64,000 bases of DNA from Chthonomonadales bacterium (GTDB lineage: Bacteria; Armatimonadota; Chthonomonadetes; Chthonomonadales; CAJBBX01): NCBI GenBank assembly GCA_037443035.1, contig JBBIPC010000012.1:36417-100416 (forward strand). Direction: 5' to 3'. The position numbers and the translations under genes are program-made. Shown here piece after piece: positions 47,136-56,107 of the stretch. A model generated the notes under the pieces. That model saw only the letters and a list, made by a program, of their open reading frames with translations. It did not search any database and was not told where the DNA came from. Within the stretch, counting starts at the first letter, position 1, and each line of letters begins with the position of its first letter.

Positions 47136-47753
47136 ATGAGCGCAACCGGAACAAGCAGAAGCACGACCACAACGCGCAACGATCACGCCGAGTTCGAAGC
47201 CCTCATGGCTCGCACGAAGCGTCAAGCATACAATCTCGCCTACCGCATGACCGGAAACCGTGAAGCCGCGGAGGACTTGACACAGGAAGCGTACCTTAGA
47301 GCCTACCGATCCTTCGACCGCTATAACCGGTCGCTCCCGTTCGAGAACTGGCTGTTCCGCATCCTCACGAACTTGTTCGTGGATAGCCTGCGCCGCCGAC
47401 CGAAGCAACAGCCGCTGTCGCTCGACCGTGCTCTGGCATCAGCAGAGGGCGAGGACGAGTACGCGTTCGAGATAGCTGATTACGACGCGGACCCGGAGCA
47501 GATCGTCATGCGCGAAGTCATGGATGAACGCCTGCAGAAGGCCCTTGAGGCGCTGCCGACGCATTTCCGCACCGCGGTTCTCCTCTGCGACGTGGAGGGT
47601 TTGAGCTACGAGGAAATCGCACGCGTGATGAATACCAGCGTAGGTACGGTACGATCGCGCATACACCGCGGGCGTCGCATGCTCCGCAAGCATATGGACG
47701 CTGCGCGGACCAAGCCCGCCATGAGTAGTCTGAACCCCGTCATGGCAGCCTGA
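47136..47753 (+). CDS. ECF sigma-70 factor (paralog of 21227; no adjacent anti-sigma)
   Basis: AEDLTQEAYLRA, FENWLFRI and GLSYEEIA...GTVRSRIHRGR motifs; AAAGGAG SD. Confidence 0.95.
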   Translation: MSATGTSRSTTTTRNDHAEFEALMARTKRQAYNLAYRMTGNREAAEDLTQEAYLRAYRSFDRYNRSLPFENWLFRILTNLFVDSLRRRPKQQPLSLDRALASAEGEDEYAFEIADYDADPEQIVMREVMDERLQKALEALPTHFRTAVLLCDVEGLSYEEIARVMNTSVGTVRSRIHRGRRMLRKHMDAARTKPAMSSLNPVMAA

Positions 47754-47859
47754 CCGGCGTCATGCACCGGGCGTGCCTAGGAACCATCAGCGCCGTGTAG
47801 GAGCGTAATGGAATCGTCCCGCGATCGGGGTGCGTCGCCGCTGCGAGGAGGTGCTGTCC

Positions 47860-48405
47860 ATGCGTCACCCGCCGGACGTCAGCATTACCACGGCTACGCC
47901 GGACGATGTCGCTGTAATCGCGGATATCGTCCGGCACGCCTATGACTCCCTGCCGCCAACGCAGGTCCCCGCTGACATGCCTATCTACCACCCGGACTAC
48001 CACGCAGAGGCCATGGCGGACCCCACCACACGATGGCGGCTGCTTGTGGACCGCGAGGGGCCAGGCGGGATTGCCATGTGGCGAATGCTTGGCGACCTCG
48101 CTCACCTGCACCTCCTTTTCGTGTCCGCTGAACGGCAGGGGCGCGGCCTTGGCTCTCTACTCCTCAGGCACTTTCATGACTCTGCACTCGAGGAGCGTCC
48201 GTCGCTCCGCCTGCTGACACTTCATTGCCTCGCCTCATCCGCAGGTGCCCTCCGCTTCTATCGCCGCCACGGTTACAGCCTGTACGAACCGGGTCTGGAA
48301 GGGCGGATACCAGACCTCTACCTTTGGATTGACGCTAGTCGCAGGGAGGACACGGCCTGGCCCCTAAAGAAGGATAAGCTGTTATTCTTCAAGTGTGTCC
48401 GATAG
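47860..48405 (+). CDS. GNAT family acetyltransferase
   Basis: LFV..ERQGRGLGSLLL and A.RFYRRHGY motifs; GGAGGTG SD. Confidence 0.9.
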   Translation: MRHPPDVSITTATPDDVAVIADIVRHAYDSLPPTQVPADMPIYHPDYHAEAMADPTTRWRLLVDREGPGGIAMWRMLGDLAHLHLLFVSAERQGRGLGSLLLRHFHDSALEERPSLRLLTLHCLASSAGALRFYRRHGYSLYEPGLEGRIPDLYLWIDASRREDTAWPLKKDKLLFFKCVR

Positions 48406-48429
48406 TGCACAGGGGGCCGAATTGCTCTC

Positions 48430-49350
48430 ATGGCCGACGAGAGTTGGCAAAGCGGTTGCCTAATCGCCGAAACGTGTGTCACGCGGCGACACCTTCTCGC
48501 CTGCGCAGTTGCCAGCCCTGTACTTGGACACTCCGGCGATAGTACGTCTATCGCGCAGCAAGCCGCGTCAAGAAAGGCCAGCACCATGCACCTGGGACTA
48601 GTGACTTACAATGTCGCTCGCGACTGGGACCTTGAGACCATCCTCCGGATATGCAAGGAGGCGGGTCTCGAAGGCGTCGAGTTCCGGACAACGCACCGTC
48701 ACGGTGTGGAGCCCAGCCTTGGAGCCGCGGAACGCGCCCAAGTCCGGGCCCGATGCCAAGACTCCGGCCTGAAACAGTGGAGTCTGGGCACCACGTGCGA
48801 GTTTCACTCGCCCGATCGAGCTGTCGTTCAGCGCAACATCGAAGAATGCCGCGCGTTCGTGTCCTTGGCTAAGGACATCGGTGCGCGCGGTGTCAAGGTG
48901 CGACCGAACGGTCTCCCGCAAGATGTTCCGGTCGAGCGCACCCTGGAGCAGATTGGTAAGGCGCTTGCTGTATGTGGTCAAATCGGTGCCGATCATGGGG
49001 TGGAGATCTGGATGGAAGTGCACGGAGGCGGCACATCCATCCCTACCAACGCGCGAAAGATCATGGACGCATGTGGCCATCCGAATGTGGGCGTCACATG
49101 GAACTCGAACGGCACGGACGTGGAGAACGGCTCCGTGAGGCATGCGTTCGAGCTGCTCAAACCCTTCATCCGGTGTTGCCACATCACGGATCTTTGGAGT
49201 GATTATCCGTACCGCGAGTTGTTCGCCCTTCTCAAGGCTGCTGGATACGACCGGTTCACTCTTTGCGAGGTCGGCACAGCGATCCCACCTGAGGCCGGTG
49301 CAGCGTTCTTGCGCTGCTATCGAGGCCTATGGAAGGAGCTACAGCGATGA
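48430..49350 (+). CDS. Sugar-phosphate isomerase/epimerase (AP endonuclease 2 TIM barrel), Tat-like signal
   Basis: GVEFRTTH.HGVE and MEVHG motifs; TRRHLL; start uncertain. Confidence 0.85.
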   Translation: MADESWQSGCLIAETCVTRRHLLACAVASPVLGHSGDSTSIAQQAASRKASTMHLGLVTYNVARDWDLETILRICKEAGLEGVEFRTTHRHGVEPSLGAAERAQVRARCQDSGLKQWSLGTTCEFHSPDRAVVQRNIEECRAFVSLAKDIGARGVKVRPNGLPQDVPVERTLEQIGKALAVCGQIGADHGVEIWMEVHGGGTSIPTNARKIMDACGHPNVGVTWNSNGTDVENGSVRHAFELLKPFIRCCHITDLWSDYPYRELFALLKAAGYDRFTLCEVGTAIPPEAGAAFLRCYRGLWKELQR

Positions 49351-50258
49351 CGCATGCTACACGCCGTGAAGTTCTGGGGGCAGCCCTCGCAGCCAGGGTG
49401 ACATCGATGGTCCCACGCGAATCCATGGCCGCGGACCCACCACAACGGCACGGGCGTCCGGTGATCAAGGCGGGAATCGCAGCGTATTCCTATCGGGATC
49501 GCCTGACTGGCAAGAAAGCCCCGGCCATGACGATCACGGAGTTCGTGCGTGTGGCCGCAGAGACTGGTTGGGACGGCGTCGAGCTTACCTCGTACTACTT
49601 CCCCAATCCCATAACCGCGTCCTTCCTAGCTGACCTAAAGCGTTTGTGCTTTGTCAATGGCCTTCAGGTGGCGGGGGCTTCAGTAGGCAACGTTTTCACG
49701 CATCCGTCTGGTCCAGCACGAGATGCTGAGATCGAGCGGGTTCGCACTTGGTTACACCACGCGGCAGCCCTCGGTGCGCCGGTTCTGCGTGTCTTTGCAG
49801 GAGCGCCGCAAGCGGGACAGCGCTCGGAGGATGCGGAACGGTGCTGCATCGAGTGCCTCGAAGCGTGTGCTCATACTGCCGCAGAAACGGGCGTCATGCT
49901 GGCGCTGGAGAACCACGGTGGGATTGTGGCGGAAGCCGAGGGCATCCTTCGGATCATCAAGGCCGTCCGTTCTCCCTGGTGTGCCGTGAACCTCGATACG
50001 GGTAACTTCCGAACCCCCGATCCTTACCGCGACATTGCACTGTGCGCACCGTACGCAGTAACGACCCATCTCAAGACGGAGGTGCAGCCTAGAGGTGGCG
50101 CGCGTGCACCTGCGGACATCCCACGCATCGTGAAGATCCTCGCCGACGCTGGTTACCGCGGCTATCTAACCCTCGAATACGAAGCCGCGGCGCCCATCGA
50201 GGAGGAGGCGCCTCGCATCTTGTCGGCCATCCACAGAGCAACAGCAAGCCTGCGTTAA
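49347..50258 (+). CDS. Sugar-phosphate isomerase/epimerase (TIM barrel), Tat-like signal
   Basis: TRREVLG; LENHGG, NLDTGNF, THLK and YRGYLTLEYE motifs. Confidence 0.9.
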   Translation: MTHATRREVLGAALAARVTSMVPRESMAADPPQRHGRPVIKAGIAAYSYRDRLTGKKAPAMTITEFVRVAAETGWDGVELTSYYFPNPITASFLADLKRLCFVNGLQVAGASVGNVFTHPSGPARDAEIERVRTWLHHAAALGAPVLRVFAGAPQAGQRSEDAERCCIECLEACAHTAAETGVMLALENHGGIVAEAEGILRIIKAVRSPWCAVNLDTGNFRTPDPYRDIALCAPYAVTTHLKTEVQPRGGARAPADIPRIVKILADAGYRGYLTLEYEAAAPIEEEAPRILSAIHRATASLR

Positions 50259-50337
50259 TAGCAGTTGTACTGCCAGCTCCAGCGACGCTCGGCATGGCGC
50301 TCTTGGTCGGCTCCGGGCTGGCTATCTGTCTCGGTGT

Positions 50338-50718
50338 CTATCGGTCTGGCACCAAGCACATGCGATCGCCCAGCATGACTACGGCTTTGGCCAACGTCTC
50401 GGGCAGCAGTTCGATCGTTACGTACCCGCATCTCACCGGACAGACCAGACGATTGGGCTGGACCTTCCCGTGAATGGCTAGGACCGTCAGATCACGTCCG
50501 AGGACCATCACGGCGATGGGATAGCGCACCAAGAAGGTGTGAACACCATTGCATGGTTCCAGCCACAGAGCCTCGTCTGCCTGCAGGGGCTTCCTTCCCA
50601 TCAAGCCGACCATACGCTCCCACAAGCTGCGAGCGACATGCACACGCCTGCAGATCGTGGCACCTGTGCGGCGGTTCACGAGCTCAGAGGTGTGCGCGCT
50701 GGGTCTGTGGCTTGACAC
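50338..50718 (-). CDS. DUF192 family protein
   Basis: A.S.WER..GLMGR, PCNGVHTF..RYPI and IEL motifs. Confidence 0.85.
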   Translation of the reverse strand: MSSHRPSAHTSELVNRRTGATICRRVHVARSLWERMVGLMGRKPLQADEALWLEPCNGVHTFLVRYPIAVMVLGRDLTVLAIHGKVQPNRLVCPVRCGYVTIELLPETLAKAVVMLGDRMCLVPDR

Positions 50719-50740
50719 GTGGTCTGTCCTCTATCATAAT
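50712..50740 (+). promoter_or_regulatory. Sigma70 promoter of rpoZ(-dnaK) operon
   Basis: TTGACA-17 nt-CATAAT; overlaps the start of the divergent DUF192 gene. Confidence 0.75.
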
Positions 50741-50850
50741 ATGCGATTGCGGTCGCCGAGGTGCGATGCCGGAGGCGGGTTTTCTCGCGACATCCACCTA
50801 GGCGACATCGGTCCACAGCCCCACTACCAGAGAGGAACAGAGTACCAAAG

Positions 50851-51360
50851 ATGAGCAAGATATATCCCCTGCCCGACAAACTCGACAGGGTCAGCGGCAA
50901 GTACGAACTGGTCATCGTTGCGGCGAAGCGTGCGAGGCAACTGGCGCACAGGGCCGAGAGCTTCGTCAGCTCCGAGTCGAGCAATCCCCTGACAGTAGCC
51001 TTGGAGGAGATTGCTCAGGGTAAGGTCATCCCGATTCAGACTGCTCCTCCGGAAACGCTCATCGAGGCTCCGCGACCGATCACCGTGGCAGCCAGCGTTG
51101 CCTTGGTCCCCTCCTCCGCGGTGCCCACAGGCGAAGCGACGGACTTTGCCAGCGATGAGCACGACGAGATACTGCATGGAGACGAGGCAGAGAAAGAGGA
51201 GGTCGAGACCCTCGACAAGGAGATCGCCAGGCACTTTCTTGGGGAACCGGAGGAAGGTACTGCTGACGGCGAGTTGGGTGAAGACGTACTGACCGATGGT
51301 GTCGGCATGGCCGACGACACCGATGATGCCATTCTCGATCTGAACGGCGAAGCCTTCTGA
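50851..51360 (+). CDS. rpoZ: RNA polymerase omega subunit with long acidic tail
   Basis: KYELVIVAAKRARQL and NPLTVALEEI.QG motifs. Confidence 0.92.
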   Translation: MSKIYPLPDKLDRVSGKYELVIVAAKRARQLAHRAESFVSSESSNPLTVALEEIAQGKVIPIQTAPPETLIEAPRPITVAASVALVPSSAVPTGEATDFASDEHDEILHGDEAEKEEVETLDKEIARHFLGEPEEGTADGELGEDVLTDGVGMADDTDDAILDLNGEAF

Positions 51361-51463
51361 TCGGCCAGCAGTCAGGGGCGCATCCGACGGAGCTTCACTG
51401 TAGAGGGAGTGGACCGGTCGCACCGCTCGGGCGCGCGACGAATGGAGCAAAGCACACAAGAGC

Positions 51464-53311
51464 ATGGGACGCGTAGTCGGTATTGACCTAGGGACGACGA
51501 ACTCCGTCATAGCCGTGATGGAGGGTGGCGAACCAACCGTCATACCTCTGTCGGACGGCAGCCGGCTATGCCCGTCGGTGGTCGGCTTCAGCAAGACGGG
51601 AGAGCGCCTCGTCGGTCACCTTGCCAAACGGCAGATGGTGTCCAATCCCGACCGCACGGTTGCGAGCATCAAGCGACAGATGGGTAAGCAGTATGAAGTC
51701 GCAATAGATGGTCGTGTCTACACGCCCCAGCAGCTCTCAGCCATGATACTCGAGCGTTTGCGGGACGATGCTGCTGCGTATCTTGGCGAAGAAGTGACCA
51801 AGGCCGTGATCACGGTCCCGGCCTACTTCTCGGACGCCCAGCGTCAGGCTACGAAGGATGCAGGCGCTATCGCTGGCTTGGAAGTGCTCCGGATCATCAA
51901 CGAACCGACGGCTGCGGCTTTGGCTTACGGCGCTCACAAAGAGCAACTGCACACGGTGCTCGTGTGGGATCTCGGCGGCGGAACCTTCGACGTCAGCATC
52001 CTCGAACTGGATAACGGTGTGTTCGAGGTCAAGTCTACAAATGGCGATACTATGCTCGGCGGTGACGATTGGGATGCCGCCATTGTCGAATGGTTGTGCC
52101 GCCAGTTCGAGACGGAGCATGGCGTGGACCTTCGCCGTGATCGGATGGCCATGCAGCGGCTCCGGGAAGCAGCCGAGAGAGCCAAGATCGAACTCTCCTC
52201 TGTCGTGTCAACGAACATCAATCTTCCATTCCTCTCGTCTTCTCCCGAGGGACCGTTGCACCTGGATGTGAACTTGACGCGAGCTCAGATGGATGCTCTG
52301 ACGACCGATCTGCTAGAGCGCATGAAAGGTCCCACCGAGCAAGCCCTGGCGGACGCGAATCTCACACCCGCGGACATCGATCGCATCCTGCTCGTTGGTG
52401 GCATGACGCGAACACCGGCAGTGCAGGCGCTCGTCGAGTCCATGTTCGGCCAGGAGCCGTTCAAGGGAATCAATCCGGATGAGGTCGTAGCCCTCGGGGC
52501 TGCTATCCAGGCGGGTGTTCTGGCTGGTGATGTGCGCGATATTGTCCTCTTGGATGTCACGCCACTCTCCCTTGGAGTGGAAACGCTGGGCGGCGTCATG
52601 ACGCGCCTTATCCAGCGCAACACGACGATACCCACCAGCCAGACGATGACATTCACCACTGCAGCAGACAACCAGAAGACTGTAGAGATCAAGGTCTACC
52701 AAGGAGAACGGGAACTGGTCGCCTACAACAAGTTCCTCGGGAACTTCGAGCTAACTGGCATCCCCAGCGCTCCGCGGGGCACGCCAAAGATAGACGTGAC
52801 GTTCGATATCGACGTCAATGGCATTGTCCACGTCTCGGCCAAGGACCGTGCAACGGGCAAGGAACAGGGCATTACCATCACCGGTACTGGTGCACTCTCC
52901 AAGGACGAGATCGCCCGGATGGTGCGAGAGGCAGAGGCACATCGCGCTGAGGATGCCAGGCGGCGCGAGCTGCTGGAGGTCCGGAACCGGGCGGATGCAA
53001 CCATGGATCGAGCTGAGCGTGCCCTCCGCGACTGCTCGGAAGCACCAGCGGCAAGCAAGGACGCGCTTCGGGATGCCCTGCGAGAGCTTCGCGCGACTGC
53101 CCACGGCGAGGAACTCGCAGCCATCCGCAATCTCACAGATACGGTGGCCGCAAGGACGCGGGAGTTGCAGGAGTTAGCCATGCAGGCAGCAGCGCAGACA
53201 GGGACGACGGAGACCAGCTCGGACAACGAGGGCACAGGGGAGACCTCGACCGAGACGGAGAGGACCACACCGAACGATGCCGAGGACGTGGGAGCCGATG
53301 CGCATGGCTGA
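51464..53311 (+). CDS. dnaK: Hsp70 chaperone
   Basis: [44 protein letters not shown] and DVTPLSLG motifs. Confidence 0.97.
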   Translation: MGRVVGIDLGTTNSVIAVMEGGEPTVIPLSDGSRLCPSVVGFSKTGERLVGHLAKRQMVSNPDRTVASIKRQMGKQYEVAIDGRVYTPQQLSAMILERLRDDAAAYLGEEVTKAVITVPAYFSDAQRQATKDAGAIAGLEVLRIINEPTAAALAYGAHKEQLHTVLVWDLGGGTFDVSILELDNGVFEVKSTNGDTMLGGDDWDAAIVEWLCRQFETEHGVDLRRDRMAMQRLREAAERAKIELSSVVSTNINLPFLSSSPEGPLHLDVNLTRAQMDALTTDLLERMKGPTEQALADANLTPADIDRILLVGGMTRTPAVQALVESMFGQEPFKGINPDEVVALGAAIQAGVLAGDVRDIVLLDVTPLSLGVETLGGVMTRLIQRNTTIPTSQTMTFTTAADNQKTVEIKVYQGERELVAYNKFLGNFELTGIPSAPRGTPKIDVTFDIDVNGIVHVSAKDRATGKEQGITITGTGALSKDEIARMVREAEAHRAEDARRRELLEVRNRADATMDRAERALRDCSEAPAASKDALRDALRELRATAHGEELAAIRNLTDTVAARTRELQELAMQAAAQTGTTETSSDNEGTGETSTETERTTPNDAEDVGADAHG

Positions 53312-54416
53312 GAAACGCGACTACTATGAAGTCCTCGGCGTTTCGCGTGACGCAAGCCCAGATGATATCAAGCGGGCCTTTCGGTCCCTGGCGCGCCGCT
53401 ATCATCCCGACGTCAACAAAGATCCCGATGCTGAAGCGCGATTCAAGGAGATCAACGAGGCCTATGATGTCCTGAGCGACGAGGAACGCCGTCGCACCTA
53501 TGACAGATTCGGTCATGACGGCTTGAATGGTAGCGCCAGCGCCGGAGCGCCGGACTTCGGCGGATTCACCGACATTTTCGATATGTTCTTCGGTACGCGC
53601 TCAGGACCGTTCCATCCTGCGGCCACGGCAGTTCGCGGCGATGACCTTCGCCAGGACGTCGAGATCACGCTGGAGGAAGCTGCCGCCGGCATCAACAAGC
53701 GCATACGTTACACGCACCTCGAGACTTGCGACATCTGTGACGGCCACGGAGCGGCTCCAGGCAGCCGAGCGCAGGTTTGCCCGGTGTGCCGGGGAACAGG
53801 CTACGTCAGACACACCCAGAACACCTTGCTGGGCACATTCCAGACAACGGCGCCGTGCGGCCGATGCCGTGGCGAAGGACGCATCGTCACCGAACCGTGC
53901 CCTCAGTGCGCTGGCGCGGGACGCGTGAGGAAGACACGGGAACGGACTGTACGAATTCCAGCCGGCGTGGACACAGGCACCCGCATTCGTCTTTCCGGCG
54001 AAGGTGATGCCGGACTCAGAGACGGGCCAGCGGGCGACTTGTACCTGGTCGTTCATGTCAAGCCGCACGAGTTCTTCGAACGTAGAGACAATGATCTCTA
54101 CTGCGAGGTGCCAATCTCCTTCACCGTAGCTGCACTTGGCGGCCAAGTGGAAGTCCCGGTTATCGGCGGCGCCGAGAAGGTCGAGATACCTGAGGGCACC
54201 CAATCGGGGACATCCTTCGTCCTCCGTGGGAAGGGCATGCCGGATATGAATGGCGATGGCCGCGGCAATCAGTACGTCATCGTACGCGTCGAAGTACCAC
54301 GCAAGCTTAGCGCCGAACAGCGCCAGGCGCTGCGAGCCTTTGCCCAGGCGATGGGCGAAACAGTGCCAGAGGAAGAACGGGGCTTTCTGGGCCGCATCTT
54401 CAAGGGTGAACGCTGA
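53304..54416 (+). CDS. dnaJ: Chaperone DnaJ
   Basis: [14 protein letters not shown]; four CxxCxGxG repeats. Confidence 0.97.
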   Translation: MAEKRDYYEVLGVSRDASPDDIKRAFRSLARRYHPDVNKDPDAEARFKEINEAYDVLSDEERRRTYDRFGHDGLNGSASAGAPDFGGFTDIFDMFFGTRSGPFHPAATAVRGDDLRQDVEITLEEAAAGINKRIRYTHLETCDICDGHGAAPGSRAQVCPVCRGTGYVRHTQNTLLGTFQTTAPCGRCRGEGRIVTEPCPQCAGAGRVRKTRERTVRIPAGVDTGTRIRLSGEGDAGLRDGPAGDLYLVVHVKPHEFFERRDNDLYCEVPISFTVAALGGQVEVPVIGGAEKVEIPEGTQSGTSFVLRGKGMPDMNGDGRGNQYVIVRVEVPRKLSAEQRQALRAFAQAMGETVPEEERGFLGRIFKGER

Positions 54417-54425
54417 GGTCCAGCC

Positions 54426-55313
54426 GTGAAATGGGCTGAGATCTCGGTCACTTGTCCAGTCGCTTCGGAGGATGCCGTGGTCGAGTGCATGAACCGCCAC
54501 GGTTGCAGTGGCTGCGCATCGAAGCCCGCTCAGGATACATGGGATGTTGTCGTGGTCCAGGGCTGGCTGCCACTCGACGGTGGGCTGCAAGAGCGCCTTC
54601 AAGCCCTGCGCGAGGAACTGACCGGGGTGGGCGCATGCGGGCTGGCTACGCCGCAGGATTTCTCCGTCCGCGAAGTCGAGGACACAGGATGGCTTGACGA
54701 ATGGCGGAAGTACCATCGGCCGCATGCTGTGGGTCGCAGGCTGTGGATCGCTCCGCTGACAGACGCCACCAAACCTCCTGAGGGACGAATCCCTGTCATG
54801 ATCGATCCGGGCATGGCCTTCGGCACCGGCTCGCATCCTACGACCAGGCTCACGCTCACTTACCTCGACAGACTTCTCCAGCCGGGACAGACGGTAGCGG
54901 ACGTTGGAACCGGCTCTGGCATCCTGGCCATCGCCGCCGCCAAGCTCGGGGCAAGCGTTGTCTACGCTTCGGAGTGCGATGCTCTCCCACGCCAGGTCGC
55001 CGCCGACAACGCACGTCGCAACAGAGTTGCGGAGCGCGTCCGTATCATGGGCCCGCAGGAATTCGAAGGGCTCTGCCCACCTTGCGATCTTGTTCTCTGC
55101 AACATCATCGCCGAGACCATCGCTGAGTTGGCACCCACGCTGGCCCGAATCCTCGCACCTGATGGCTTCCTGGTCTGCTCCGGCATCGTGGCAGAACGCC
55201 TCACCATGGCCCTGCACGCTCTGCGGAACCAGCGCTTGATGCCCATCGAGATCGCCAGCGAGGACGTCTGGCGGACGGTTCTCCTCAGGAACCTAAGGGG
55301 GCCTTCATCATAG
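54426..55313 (+). CDS. prmA: Ribosomal protein L11 methyltransferase
   Basis: IDPGMAFGTGSHPTT and DVGTGSGILA motifs; follows dnaJ. Confidence 0.96.
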   Translation: MKWAEISVTCPVASEDAVVECMNRHGCSGCASKPAQDTWDVVVVQGWLPLDGGLQERLQALREELTGVGACGLATPQDFSVREVEDTGWLDEWRKYHRPHAVGRRLWIAPLTDATKPPEGRIPVMIDPGMAFGTGSHPTTRLTLTYLDRLLQPGQTVADVGTGSGILAIAAAKLGASVVYASECDALPRQVAADNARRNRVAERVRIMGPQEFEGLCPPCDLVLCNIIAETIAELAPTLARILAPDGFLVCSGIVAERLTMALHALRNQRLMPIEIASEDVWRTVLLRNLRGPSS

Positions 55314-55339
55314 AGCCTTCGCGTCTTCGGCACCTGCTC

Positions 55340-56053
55340 GTGCCCTGCGTGCTTCCAACCGCGGGCTACCTGCGTCTCGACGGTGACGTGCATCACCGCC
55401 TCGCCAATGTGCTCAGGCTCCGCATTGGCGAACAGCTCATTCTACGCGATCCTCGAGGTTCCTCACGGCTGGCGGAAGCTGTGGAGATTACCGGTCGCTA
55501 CACGGCTTTCCGCATACACCATTCTGTGCCCTCGCCTCCACCGCCTCCGGCTCACGTCACTGTCGTTCAGGCACTTGGAAAGGGTGATCGGTTCGAGCAG
55601 GTACTCCAGCATGGCACCGAGCTCGGCGTATCGGCCTTTGTGCCAATCATCACGCTTCGGACCATTCGCCGTCATTCCAGGGACGAGACTGCTACGAAGC
55701 TCGTGCGCTGGCGGCGGATACTGGAGGCCGCTGCTGAGCAGTCGGAGCGGGACCGCGTACCGGAAATCACAGCGCCGTGCACACTGGAGGAGGCCGTCGG
55801 GATCACGAACGCATCGCTCCGCTACGCACTGGAGCCCTCTGCGGTCTATCCTCTCCAGTGGTCCCCCTTCGGAGACCCAACGCCAAGCATCGCTGTCTTC
55901 GTGGGTCCGGAAGGTGGGTTCACCACCGACGAGTTGGATCTCCTCACGGACGCGGGTGTACAGCCGCGGAGCCTCGGACCTTACGTGCTTCGCACGGAGA
56001 CCGCCGCGCTGGCGGCCGTCTCCATCCTCCTTTGGTCAGCACCACAAGGTTGA
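55340..56053 (+). CDS. rsmE: 16S rRNA m3U1498 methyltransferase
   Basis: HH...VLRL, TELGV, AAEQS.R, VGPEGGF and LRTETA motifs. Confidence 0.95.
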   Translation: MPCVLPTAGYLRLDGDVHHRLANVLRLRIGEQLILRDPRGSSRLAEAVEITGRYTAFRIHHSVPSPPPPPAHVTVVQALGKGDRFEQVLQHGTELGVSAFVPIITLRTIRRHSRDETATKLVRWRRILEAAAEQSERDRVPEITAPCTLEEAVGITNASLRYALEPSAVYPLQWSPFGDPTPSIAVFVGPEGGFTTDELDLLTDAGVQPRSLGPYVLRTETAALAAVSILLWSAPQG

Positions 56054-56078
56054 CCCTCCACACAGCTTGTGCTATTCT
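56050..56078 (+). promoter_or_regulatory. Sigma70 promoter of der
   Basis: TTGACC-17 nt-TATTCT with extended TG. Confidence 0.6.
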
Positions 56079-56107
56079 CTCCGCACACAACGGAGGATAG
56101 CACCACC

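Noticed and set aside
53601..55217. 538-aa - strand ORF
   Set aside because: Antisense to dnaJ/prmA; no independent coding signal.
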